The position numbers and the translations under genes are program-made. A model generated the notes under the pieces. It had not been told where the DNA came from, searched no databases, and worked only from the letters and a program-made list of their open reading frames with translations. A DNA stretch of 58,514 bases, the filler included, from Basidioascus undulatus (Eukaryota), in the NCBI GenBank assembly GCA_000826855.1. It is 5 parts of 5 records of this genome, joined end to end, with 100 filler letters (N's around TTAATTAATTAA, not from the genome) between each part and the next. Parts side by side here need not be neighbours in the genome. Positions count along the whole stretch, not along the records: positions 1 to 27,978 come from JTLS01000153.1; 4 more parts are not named here. The stretch is one strand, 5' to 3'. Positions 12,441 through 23,322 of the stretch are shown in pieces; position 1 is the stretch's first letter; each line of letters starts with the position of its first letter.

Positions 12441-13398
12441 TTTTGCCGCTGTTGTCCCTCCCTGCTTGTATCTCCCTGTATAGCATGTCCCTATGCATTA
12501 CGAGTCTGCGTTCGTTCATTGACCTGCACCACTTGGTGCAGCAACAGCTAGAGAAACTCGAGCCGCACAGCACATACCTACAATGAAAGCCCAAACGGAC
12601 ACAAGCAAGATTGGCATTCTGTGAGCTGTCAACTAGCACTTTCATTTTTAAAATGGCGGTCAAGGCTGCTCAGATGATGATACATGACCTGCGATGCGGT
12701 GAAAGCATCTGGACAGTCTTGATAACTGCACTGCGTCATCAAATGCCCTTCTTGACTTAAGCTCCTTTGTACACGGAAGGAAGGCTATCCCATCAATATA
12801 ATAAGCGGTAAATGCAGTCTAATCGCCAGAAATCTATCCAGCTGTCGCAAAGCCGAGTACACCCTGTAAAGCCGAGTACACCCTGCCGCTGCTGTGGTGC
12901 GTAAAGGCGAGAAGGCTTGATGAGCTCTGGACGGAAGACACGCGAGAGCGCTACACTTCCCAAAGGCGTTCGAAGTGATTTATAGCTTATAATACTCCAG
13001 CCATTACACAACTAGGGCTGAGGGGCAATCCGCGGTGCCCGTTGACCGAAGGGGCACACCGTGCACACTGCAAGGCACCCAGTCGCAGTACTTCGGCGAT
13101 GGGAAGGCAGCATGCACACTGATTGTCACTCATGGAGTCACCGCTCTTCGGCAAAACAAGCAGGCGGCATGGACGCGAGGCGACACAGCACGTTTAGCCC
13201 TTCGCACCACGAACATAACTCGCTCGCAGAAACGCATGTTCGACAACACAAAAGAACCAAGATGGCCGAAATGGCAATGGGGAGGTATTTGAAGTACTAC
13301 GTAAAGTTCATGCAGAGTGAGCCTATGAGAGCATGCGTGCAAGCGAGCGGCGAAAAGAATGTAGAGGCGCGAAGGGGAATACGCTGCGCCGTCCACGA

Positions 13399-14861
13399 TC
13401 ACCAGTCCTTCCCGAGCTCTGTCGCGTGGAGTTTATGTCAGACGGGAATCTGTAAGAGAGGACAGGTATAAAAACGTACTGAAGGACCAGCTTTACGTGG
13501 CGGACAGCCGTAGCTAGGTTAGCGAGAGGTTTATGAACGTTGGAGTGAAGGGAACAGTCGCACTCAAAGTCTTAAAAGCCGGTCAAGCGTCAGTTTCACG
13601 TATACCAAAAACCATGGTGCATTAGAATAGCGCTTACCGAGGTAAACGTTGCCATCGTCGTCCAGAATGCGACTGCGGACCGCGTACGACCCGGTCCGCG
13701 CGAGCATGCCCGACGGAGACTCCTCCGGGTCGAACTTCTTCACGTAGCTGTACATTTGGGGCAGTCAGCGACGATATTCTGCACACTGCCTTTACAGCCG
13801 TGCACACCCGCTCCTGCCAGGGTAAATAAACACCAAGAAACAGAGAAATTTATGACTCACGACTCCTCACGGGGACCATAGCTTCCCAACATTTGCTGCA
13901 TCTGTGGTGCGATTGTGAGGGTTAGAGTTAATCCATGGCGCTGCAGTCGATTTCAGCCGTGAAGAACGTGCCTTGTCGAGAACCATGCCCGCCCGCTTCG
14001 CGACCTGGACGTACTTCAGGCCGGAGATGATGTCGTGGTTGACCCTGAGATTAGCGTTAGAGATAAGTAGTGCAATCTCTGGACTGTTTACGTACTTGAA
14101 CTCGAGCGCCACGTTGTACTCCACGCCTTCCTTGATGGTTATAGGGTTCTTCTTGCGCAGCTCCCTGATACAGTTCCGCCTGATCTCAGCACTCCGCAGC
14201 GACAGACCGCTGGACCAAAGAGCCTGAAGAGGACGCACTTGTCCTCCTTGCTCTGCTCCGGCGCAAACTGCTTCAGGTCGAACTCGATCGGCTTGTTCAG
14301 CGACTCGGCCTGGAGCGAGAGCTTGAGCAGCTCGATCTGCCATACCAAGTGAGCTGATACGATTCTTGGGGATAGGTCAAGATCAATTGGCCGCACCTTC
14401 GGGCCCGATCCACTGGGCACCCCGCCTGCCCCAATACCCAGAGACGCCTTCCACCTGGCCGCAGCAACCCTCTGAGCTCCCCGCCGCTGCAGCGGACAGA
14501 ATGCGCAACTCACTTGTTGAGCGACTCATCCTCCGCATCGAGCTTTGCGTACTCGTCCAGCGTCTTCTTCTCGCCTGTCACCCATAGACCCTGCGCTCAG
14601 CAGCTGCATTCAAGGAACAGGGGCGCGTGCCGAGGGACGGACCGAGCTTATAACCTGAGGATCCACGAGCTCGTGAGCATGCGCATGGGAGAGACACCTG
14701 TCTGGTATGAATTCAACGCACCGGGAGTCTGCTGGATAGCGAGCTCCTCCTCGTTGATCGCCGAAGTGGCCTAACAGCGCGAGCGATTCCAGGGGTGAGC
14801 TTTGAGGATGGCCAGTCGAGCTCGTGGAAGAGCACAGCCGTACCTCCTTGCCGTGGCTCAT
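13399..14861 (-). CDS. RDI1: Rho GDP-dissociation inhibitor, multi-exon
   Basis: GEKKTLDEYAKLDAEDESL..WKASLGI, KKNPITIKEGVEYNV, VNHDIISGLKYVQVAKRAG, EESPSGMLARTGSYAVRSRILDDD, ending DFDWSFKLGKDW* via micro-exons. ATG at 14861, stop at 13399-13401. Confidence 0.96.
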
Positions 14862-15278
14862 GTTGTATGGGGGCTTGATGGGATGGAAATATGAGCTGAG
14901 ATTAAGGGAATATGGGTTCTATGCGGGTCGTTGAGAAGAGCGAGTGGTTGAATGATGCGGGTTGTGGACAAGCGAGCGGCGACGCGAACACAGCTCAGGC
15001 CCCCTGCGGCCCACGTGTCAACCTAAGGTTGATGAAACGCCAAACGCAAAGGAGTGTACTGCTTTCAGCCGGTATCCAGTCACTTGTTTTTCGACGTTTT
15101 TACTGATCGTCTTTACAGGCAAGGCCAGACCTTCACAGCTACCCTACTTCCTAACGAATTGGCACAGCGTGCCAGCTTGCCAGTGACTCGGCCTGCCTGA
15201 CTTAGTGTTGCATTCTGTCTCGGTCAATTGCACACATAATCGAGCAAAGAGCCTTGTGAAGTGTGTATGTTTATATGC

Positions 15279-16788
15279 TTAGGCCAGCGCATCGTGCAGG
15301 TCCTCCAGCTCGCTCTTCGCGATGCCAAGCCTCTCCAGCGAGCCAGGCTCGACCGCCTCCCTCCTCTCCAGCTCGCCAAACATCTTCCTCAGCTTCCTCT
15401 TCTTCTCGTCCGGCAGCCGGCCCTTCTGCTCCGGCTTGCGGCGCGCAGTCTCTTGCGCAAGCGTGATGAGCGCGCGCGTCGCCTTCTCCGCAAAGTCGGC
15501 GTCGTCCGGCGTACCGGCGGGCGGGAGCAGGCGCAGAAGCTCGTCCGTGATCCTGTGCTCCTCGAACGCGGCAGCGGCCGAGCCGTCCGTCGTGGAGGGC
15601 CGCGGGGGCGCATCGTTGGGGAAGTGCGTGCCGGCGTGAGGGGCGAGGCCGGTTGCGCTCGACAGGCCGGAGGGCGCGGGCGCGTCCTGAAGGAGGAGCG
15701 TGTTCAGAAGGAATGCAGCCTTGCGGCGAACGGTTTTGTCGGAATCTGCAGGAGGCCCGTCGGATGTGTTAGCTCATTTCTGGACCATGGGCTCGAAGTG
15801 CGGCAAGGAATACGGACCCGACAGCGCCGACTTCAAAGCCTGCCAGCCTCCCAATTCAGCAAACTTGTTAACGGCCTGGGGATTGTGCTTGAGAAGCCCG
15901 GAGATGTTGTACATGGCTGCGACGGGCGAACCGGTCAGCGTCACTTCCAGGGCGGGTCGAACACTGCAGTCGAACCTTTCGAGCGAGTCTCATTTGATTG
16001 TTGGTTGGAAGAGTTGGCAAGAAGGCCGAGCAACGTAGAGAGAGGGTCGAGGGCCATGAACTGCGCAAGGATATGAAGTGAGCAACACTACGTGACGTGA
16101 ACCAGATCAAGAAGATGATACATCATCCTGCGCCTTGGAGTTGTTCTGGACTGCGGTGCCCGTCACCCATGCAGCTTGCTGACGAATCTCGTCTTCCGGT
16201 GCGGAGACTGCAGATAAGGTTGGTGATTAGAACAGCTGTTGAGTAAGACAAAGCAGAGCAGGCGCACGGAGGGCGAAGAGCGCGGGCCACATTCCGAGGT
16301 TTTGGAGGTCTGCAGAGATTGCGACGTTACGACAATGACGCTATGATGCGATAGAGAGGAAATAACGCACTGTTGGCGTTGTCGACTTGCTCGACGAGCT
16401 GTATTTCACGAGCGTAAGCCTCATGCATTTTGAAAGAGAGCCCGGGGGAGCCAGACGTACCATCTCCAGGTTGTCCAGCGCAGTCAGCCGGTCGTCCAGG
16501 CTGTTGGCTTCATTCACGATGACGTCCATCGCCTCCTTCATCAGCTGCGCATCGCTCTTGCCCAACTGTGCCCCATATCGAGAACCGGTTGCGAGTAAGC
16601 GCCCTGTCGCAGCGTCTATCCCCGACTGCCGGCCAGGGATCACTCACGATGGCATCAAGCACGGCGGGGTCAAGCTTCTGGCCTGGGCCAGCCTGGGACT
16701 TGGCTTCCTCGGCGACGAGTCGCATCTCGGCGGCGTCTTCGTCGTTCTTGACGGAGTGGGCGATGCCCCATTGCAGCAGCTTCTCCAT
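15279..16788 (-). CDS. FES1: Hsp70 nucleotide exchange factor Fes1 (HspBP1-like, ARM repeats)
   Basis: MEKLLQWGIAHS...LDPAVLDAI..GKSDAQLMKEAM...RLTALDNLEM..EQVDNAN...AAWVTGTAVQNNSKAQ. The last exon ends ...ELEDLHDALA* with stop at 15279-15281. Confidence 0.93.
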
Positions 16789-17230
16789 GGTGCGGGGGTG
16801 AGCTGCTCGAGGCGATGTCAGCGTTTGCCGGTCTGAGAGTACCGGGAGGACTAGGATCCGCACGGAGTCGAAATTAGACGATGCTGTATCTGTATCAAAG
16901 TGCGAAAGCGTCCGCGACAGCTAGAGCGTGAATGTGGAGAAGGAAGACGCAAAGAAGTGAGATTTGGAGGAGATCGCGAGGAAGGCACTCGAAACTCACG
17001 CGCAATCTCCGACAATTAGTGATCGCTGTTTTCGGCCAAACCAGATACCATAGGACCTGTGGTTGTTTGCACGTGACTGATATGGACCACTGGCGACGCG
17101 AGCGCGAACACAAGCCCCTTTCCAGCGTCCTGACCTTCATCCTCAACCGTTTCCATTCTTGCATCCTCGAAACAACCTTCCACGACGCGCCGATCAGACC
17201 CATCAAACCCCAGCCATCGTCTTGCCCACC

Positions 17231-18544
17231 ATGTCGAACCTCTTCAATCTCGGCGGCGCAAAGTCAAAGACGTTCCGCCCCAAGCGCGCCGTGGAGGGCA
17301 GCAGGCAGTTCCAGGTACACGATTCCCCTTTGCGGAATAGCAGGGATCCGATGGAATGAACACGTGGATGCACCCCATCCAGCTCAAGAAATACGCAGAG
17401 GCGACGCTTGGGAGCGGGAACCTCCGCGCGGCGGTCGTGTTACCGGAGGGGGAGGACCTTGGAGAGTGGCTTGCGATTCACTGTGCGTATTTGTCTCTGC
17501 CGGAATGCTGTGACCTGCATTACCTTGAGTATGGTGATGCGCTGGGTGCGCCTGGCTGGAGCCGCGGTAGGCGGCGTGCGGTCGGGTGCGAAGGCGCTGG
17601 CATGCAGCGGAACGGGCGGCGTCGGGCTCCCCAACCACACACTTCCCTTCCGATCATATAAATCTCACTTACCCCCGTTACGCAGGCGTCGACTTCTTCA
17701 ATCACCTCAACATGCTCTACGGATGCATCACCGAGTTCTGCACTCCTTCAGAGGTGCGTGCGCCCCGTTTCTCGCATCGCCGACAGTCACTCAACTCTCA
17801 CTTTCTTCTAGTGCCCAATCATGTCTGCCGGCCCCCGCTACGAGTACCAATGGGCGCAACCCAATATTGGTAGCGGAGCGATCCCCGGCCTTCCCAAGAA
17901 GCTCACCCGCTTGAGCGCGCCCGAATATGTCGACTCGCTGTGCGCTCCGCTTCCTATGCTGCCTCACGCGTTCTGGCTAAATCGGACGTCCTTCAGGATG
18001 AGCTGGGTCCAAAGTATCCTGGACGACGAGACCATCTTCCCTAGCAAACTGGGTATGTTTCCATGCTCAGCCCCGATAGCGCGGCATGCTGCCCATCTGA
18101 CTCCTCCAAATTCAGGCGTTCCCTTCCCAAAGAACTTCCAGTCCGTCGTCCGCGACATTATGCGCCGGCTATTCAGGGTATACGCGCACCTGTACAACCA
18201 CCACTTCGAGGTCATCGTTGCGCTCGGGATCGAAGGTCCGTCTAGGCTCGCCCCGCTCTCGCTTGGTCCCTCGACGCTGACATCAGGAGGAACCCTGCAG
18301 CTCATCTCAACACCAACTACCGGCATTTCCTTCTGTTCATCAAGGAGGTCCGTGGATCCTGTGGACTTGGGCTTAATGCAAACGCTAACGGGACGGCACT
18401 GTCGCAGTTCAAGCTCGTCGACGAGAAGGAGCTTGCACCGCTGGCCGACTTCAACGCGGCCATTCTTTCGTGCGTTACTTTCTCCGGGTCATCAAGCCGA
18501 CGCGCAAGGCGGCTCAAGCCGGATACTCCTACAGCGACAGCTAG
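17231..18544 (+). CDS. MOB1: MOB kinase activator Mob1
   Basis: SKTFRPKR...[30 protein letters not shown]...[34 protein letters not shown]...LSAPEYV...FPKNF...[15 protein letters not shown]...[10 protein letters not shown]...ELAPL. Zn-binding Cys/His residues are present. Spliced stop at 18542-18544. Confidence 0.96.
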
Positions 18545-18965
18545 ATCTCTATTCGTCTCCTGCTTCCTGTCCCCTGTCCACTCGTTTCCCCGTCACGCCC
18601 CGCAACGCATCGTTTCTCGCGTCGTCAAGCGCATCCTTTCGGTTTACCGCTCATCATTTGTATACCTCATCATGCGCATCACGAACTCTCACCCAATCAA
18701 TATCTTGCGGCTTGCGCAATGACGGCAGTGTGCCCTTTCGTGTGCTCTTAAGTCAACTCAAGCCCGACAAGGAAAGTGGGTGTGAAACCAGCATTCTTAA
18801 AAGCTACAAATCCTATGCAGCCAACAGATATTGCAAAGCATCGATGATCAAGTAGAACGTTCCGCATACACGACAAAGTGACTAACTATTCTGCTCGAAT
18901 GCAGCCGTTGGCAGTTCATTCTGCGTCCATCTAACGCACAAAGGGCCGGGGCATCACAGCGTCAA

Positions 18966-21900
18966 TCAAAGTCCCTTCTGCAGCTCCTTCGCCAGGCTGA
19001 ACAGCGTCTTGGCAACGCGCTGGACCTCCTGCTGCGCCTGCGTAGCGTTCTTGTCCAGCGTGAGCGCCTCGGTGACCGCGCTGCGTCGACCCGGTATATA
19101 AAGCATGTCAGCGCCCCTTCTCCGCTGCCTCCATCCGGCCGACCATTGCACTCACGGCCATGTGATGCCCGCATACCCCGTGACAAGGCCCGGCGCATAA
19201 ACGAGGTGCTTGAACCACTCGCGCCCCGCGAGGCCCGCCTCGCTCAAGAACCCGCGCTCGAACGTGTAAAGCTTCACGTTGAGCGCCTGAACGCGCTGGA
19301 GCAGCTTGATGAGCTTGCGCGGCGGCGCGCGAGGGTGACCGGCGCAACCGGGATGCGAAGCGCCGTGCTCGGCATGCTGGTGCTGGTGGTCGATCACCTT
19401 TCGCAGCTTGCGCTGCGCCTCGTCAACCTCCTTTGCGAGCTTCGAGACGGCGCGCGAAACGGCGTGGATGCCGCGCGAGAGGGGCTCGAGGTCGACCGCC
19501 GACTGCTCGGACGACGCGATGGACGCCAGACTGCGAATATATGTGTCAGTTGAGCGGTGGGCGCGCAGAGACCGCACTACGCACTCGTCGCGGTATCGCG
19601 CAAGCTCAGAAGCGTAGTCCTCAAGATTGAGCGGAACGCTGAGGGCGTCCGCGAGACGGAGAAGGACAAGTCCGGTGACTTTGGAGATAGCGGTGTGCTT
19701 CAGGAAGCCCGGATCTCCGAATTTGGCAAGCCAGGTGTGGGAGTCGTAGATGGAGTGGCTGTGCAACCGCAGGGCGTGAGCCCTTGAAGCTGGGGCAGAC
19801 ACGAAATCGGAGACGCACTACTGATAGATGGCTTTGGCCGGCCCATTAAAGCCGAAATCACTGCTGGCTATTCCGAGGTGCTGGAGGAAGGCGGTGTCTG
19901 CCGGAGAAAGATCAGCGTGAACCCAAACTGAACAGTTGAACTTGAGCGTACAGTCGGAACCAGAGCCGAGATTGCTCACTGCAAAGTCAAGAATAAGCGC
20001 AATGCGAAGAGAAAGGGAGGTTGTCAGGGAGAAAGCTCACGCTTGGACTTCTCGTCGTCCCAGATCGTCTTGCTGGGGTCGACAGGATGCGGGATCTCCG
20101 AAGCAGCTTCGCGGATCACTTCAATGAGAGAGGGCGAAGCACCGCCACCGAAAATGCTACCGCCAGCGACCGAAGCGTCTGCGCAACGTCTCGTAAGTAG
20201 GTGGATGATCCACTCGGGAGCGCTGACGAGCACTCACCGACGTTCAGGTACGCCACTGCGTGCTTCTGCAGCCAAGCAGCATGATCCTCGGCGAACTCCG
20301 TCGAGCCTGTCGAAGTTTCGTCAGCCTGAAGGCAGAGCAACACCTCGTGGGAGTCTCACTCACCAAGCAGCCCGTACTGTAAAAAGAAATAGCACGTTTC
20401 AGACTTCTGGTGATTCGACTTTCTTTGCCGAGACGCACCTCTTCCCCGTCCCATGAAGCGACGACGATGGTGCGCAGCGGGCGCCACCCCTTCTTCCATG
20501 CTTCGCCAAGACCTTTAACGATGTCGTAGAACGAAGCAGTTCCAGAGTTAGGGTCGGCTGCAGAAGCAGAAAGTCTTATCAGCTCATTGGGGCACGTTTT
20601 GAAGACCAGCTGACGATACTCACAACCGCCGAGCACCCACCTACAAGGAGAGTCTGTCAGTTCTGGCGGAAAGCGCTGCATGAAAGATAGAAAGCTAGGT
20701 ATACGCGTCGCGGTGGTTCCCGAGAAGGACAGCGTCGGGGAGGTGACCGGGGATGACGGCGTAGCTGGAGACGGAAGGGTTTAAGTTGCACGCCGATTAA
20801 GTGCAGGTGTCGGAACGGCTCACGTGTTATAAAGCGGACTGTGGGCATTGAAGAACCAATCAGTCCAACGCAGGATTGCTTAGAGTCAGGAATGCTTGTA
20901 CTGACGAGATAGATTCCTCGACTGCGAGATTGCTCTCAGCGTCCAGTACTCGAAGGTAGGGTAAAGGCAGGACACACCATCATTCACCAGCCGCACAGTC
21001 ACCTCGTCCGTCGGGCCCGTCCAAAACTCGTCGACGCCCGGGACGGAACCGTCAAAGTCACCCGCGTCGTGCAGCTCGTCCACGTTGATACCCTTGTCCT
21101 TCAACGCGCGCAGGAGCGGCGCCGCGTCGGCGTAGCTGAGCGGGCGGGACGGAATAGTCGGGATGTTAGCAATCTCGTCGCGCCCAAGACGGTCCGCGTC
21201 GCCGTAAGACTGCCCGACTCCCCCGCACACTGAGACGCTTTGCAAAGGGACCATTGGTGAACAGCAAACTACACACCGGACGCCCGGGAGTTGAGGGGTC
21301 GCCCGGATAGCTGCGGGAAGGTCAGTCTGGGGATGAGAGGTGACTGCCAAGCGAGAGAACGCACATAGAGAGATACTCCACAGAACCGCGCTGGACAGCC
21401 GAGGGATGGCGGGCGGGCCCTTCAGGGTACGCCCTGGACGGACAACATTCAGTGCGAAGAGGAGGATGAAATAGTCTGGACCGAAACACTACTTACAGGT
21501 AGCCGTTCGCCTCAGTATACTCTCCATCGTCCAGCAGATCAGAGTAGATAAGTACGCCGACGGCACCGGCTTCCGCGGCAGCCTTGACCTCTGCGGAGAT
21601 GGCTGAGTGTATGGACTCTCAGAAGGGATCAGGTACACGCACTCAGTCCCCTGAAGTTGGAGCCATATTTGACGAGAACGACAGCTCCCTTGAAGTTGAC
21701 GCCTACATACGTGCAAATCAGCAGGCTTGCAATCGCGCATTAGCTGAGGATACTCACCTTTCGCCTCGAGCGCCTCAAAGTCCGACTTCCTCCCACGGCC
21801 AGCATAGATGAGCGGCCCGGTGACGTCCCCAGGCTTCGAGTAGCCGTGGAATACGGGCTCGCTCGTCGCGAACTTGCTCGTCGGGTCGCCCTCGAGCACG

Positions 21901-22688
21901 TCTTCGAACTCCTTGGCGTTGAAGAGGACGTTGCCCTCCTTGTCGAGCAGCTGGACGATCGACGACTTGGGCTGGTTGAGGAAGGTATCTGCCACGCTCT
22001 GCAGGATCAGGGTGGTTCGTATTGTATTAAAGCGCGAAGACGAACAGTATGTGTCCGTCCACACGTAAGGCTCCTGACGACGCCCGTACAGCGCCGACTT
22101 GGACTCGTTCGACCCCGCTTCGAAGACGTTCTTCTCGGGAGACAAGGCAGAGCCTGTGAGGAGCGACGACCAGTGCGACTTGACGAGGAGGGCGAGGTCG
22201 CGGCCGCCACTGTCCAGTGGATGACAGGAATCGCATCGTAAGCTGACGCTGCTGAAGCAGAAACAGAAGGACGGACGGCGTTCCGGTACGATGCGGGTAG
22301 GAAGTGTAGACAATGGACGCCTGGACAGAAAGATCAGTTACAAAAAGGTGAACGAAGACGACGTAAGACGTACCTTGGCCACACTGTCGTTGCTCGGCAC
22401 ACTCAGGAAGACCTTCTCAGCTTCCCTCGGCGTCAGCCGCGGGTGGTATCCGCCACGGAATACGTGCGCCGCAAGCCCGCGGGTAGCTGGGTTGATATCT
22501 AAGCCGTGCTCTTTACGGAGGTGAGGCTCTGAGGATGACAGGAAGTGGTAACCACACAGCGCCACGAGCGCCAGACCGAGAAAGACTCGGCGGCGCGTGC
22601 TGGACTGCGCGCACCTGGGCTCGCTCGGAGCGGTGCTTGGAGGTGGGAGGCCTTTCTCTGGCACGGGGGCCTGCTTGAGGTCGGCCAT
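18966..22688 (-). CDS. Glutamate carboxypeptidase II / transferrin-receptor-like M28B zinc peptidase (Vps70/Tre-like family), type II membrane protein
   Basis: N-terminal TM (RRRVFLGLALVALCGY). PA domain (FHGYSKPGDVTGPLIYA; YPEGPARHPSAVQRGSV; GDPSTPG). M28 motifs NHRDAW, DPNSG, SWDGEEYGLLGSTE, YLNVD, GSGSDY, HSIYD. TfR dimerisation tail ERGFLSEAGLAGREWFKHLVYAPG..TGYAG.TWP. Confidence 0.93.
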
Positions 22689-23322
22689 GAGCGATGGGAG
22701 CTGTCGACGTGCAATGAAGGGTCAGGTGGGAAAAGGACGTAAGATCCGGGGTGAATGGAATTGAGGCTGACATCCGAAGTGTGGATCGATTGTTAGAGGA
22801 GGTCAGTTGTGACAAGACTTTCGAGATTTGAACTGGTGAAAGTGAGGACGATGACGGTGGGGAAAGAAGAGGATGGCATGATGCAGCCTGTTATAACCGT
22901 GCACGCGAGTCCAGATGGCCTTATCCCCGAGGTCCGTATCGCGATGCCGGTGAGTGGACGCTGAGTCATTGCAGGCTCTCTCCTCCAAACTGCCCGAAAA
23001 AGAGGAGATCTCATATTTGCGTAGAAAGCGTTACCAACAAGAGGATCGCTATACAGTGAAGCCGAACTTGTGTATGAAAAAAAGTGTTTTCTGGGCGCTG
23101 TTCGGTGTCAGACGTACCTAGTCAGTAGTTGATTTGAAAGCCGGTTGCGGCGGGCCGATTCGAGAAGCCCAGCGCGCCTTGTCCTCGTTCCTCCTTCAGC
23201 TGTTCTCGCCGTTGAGCATAAAGTCCACAGTCGCTGTCACAGGTGAGTACACATTATTTGGAAAGCATAAATTGTCTAGTCTGACAGGTCTGTAAAACAT
23301 CTTCATATCCAGCGAGCCAGTC

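Noticed and set aside
12849..12885. 18-bp tandem duplication AAAGCCGAGTACACCCTG x2
   Set aside because: Only two copies with a 1-nt gap, consistent with ordinary slippage and not a CRISPR-like array.
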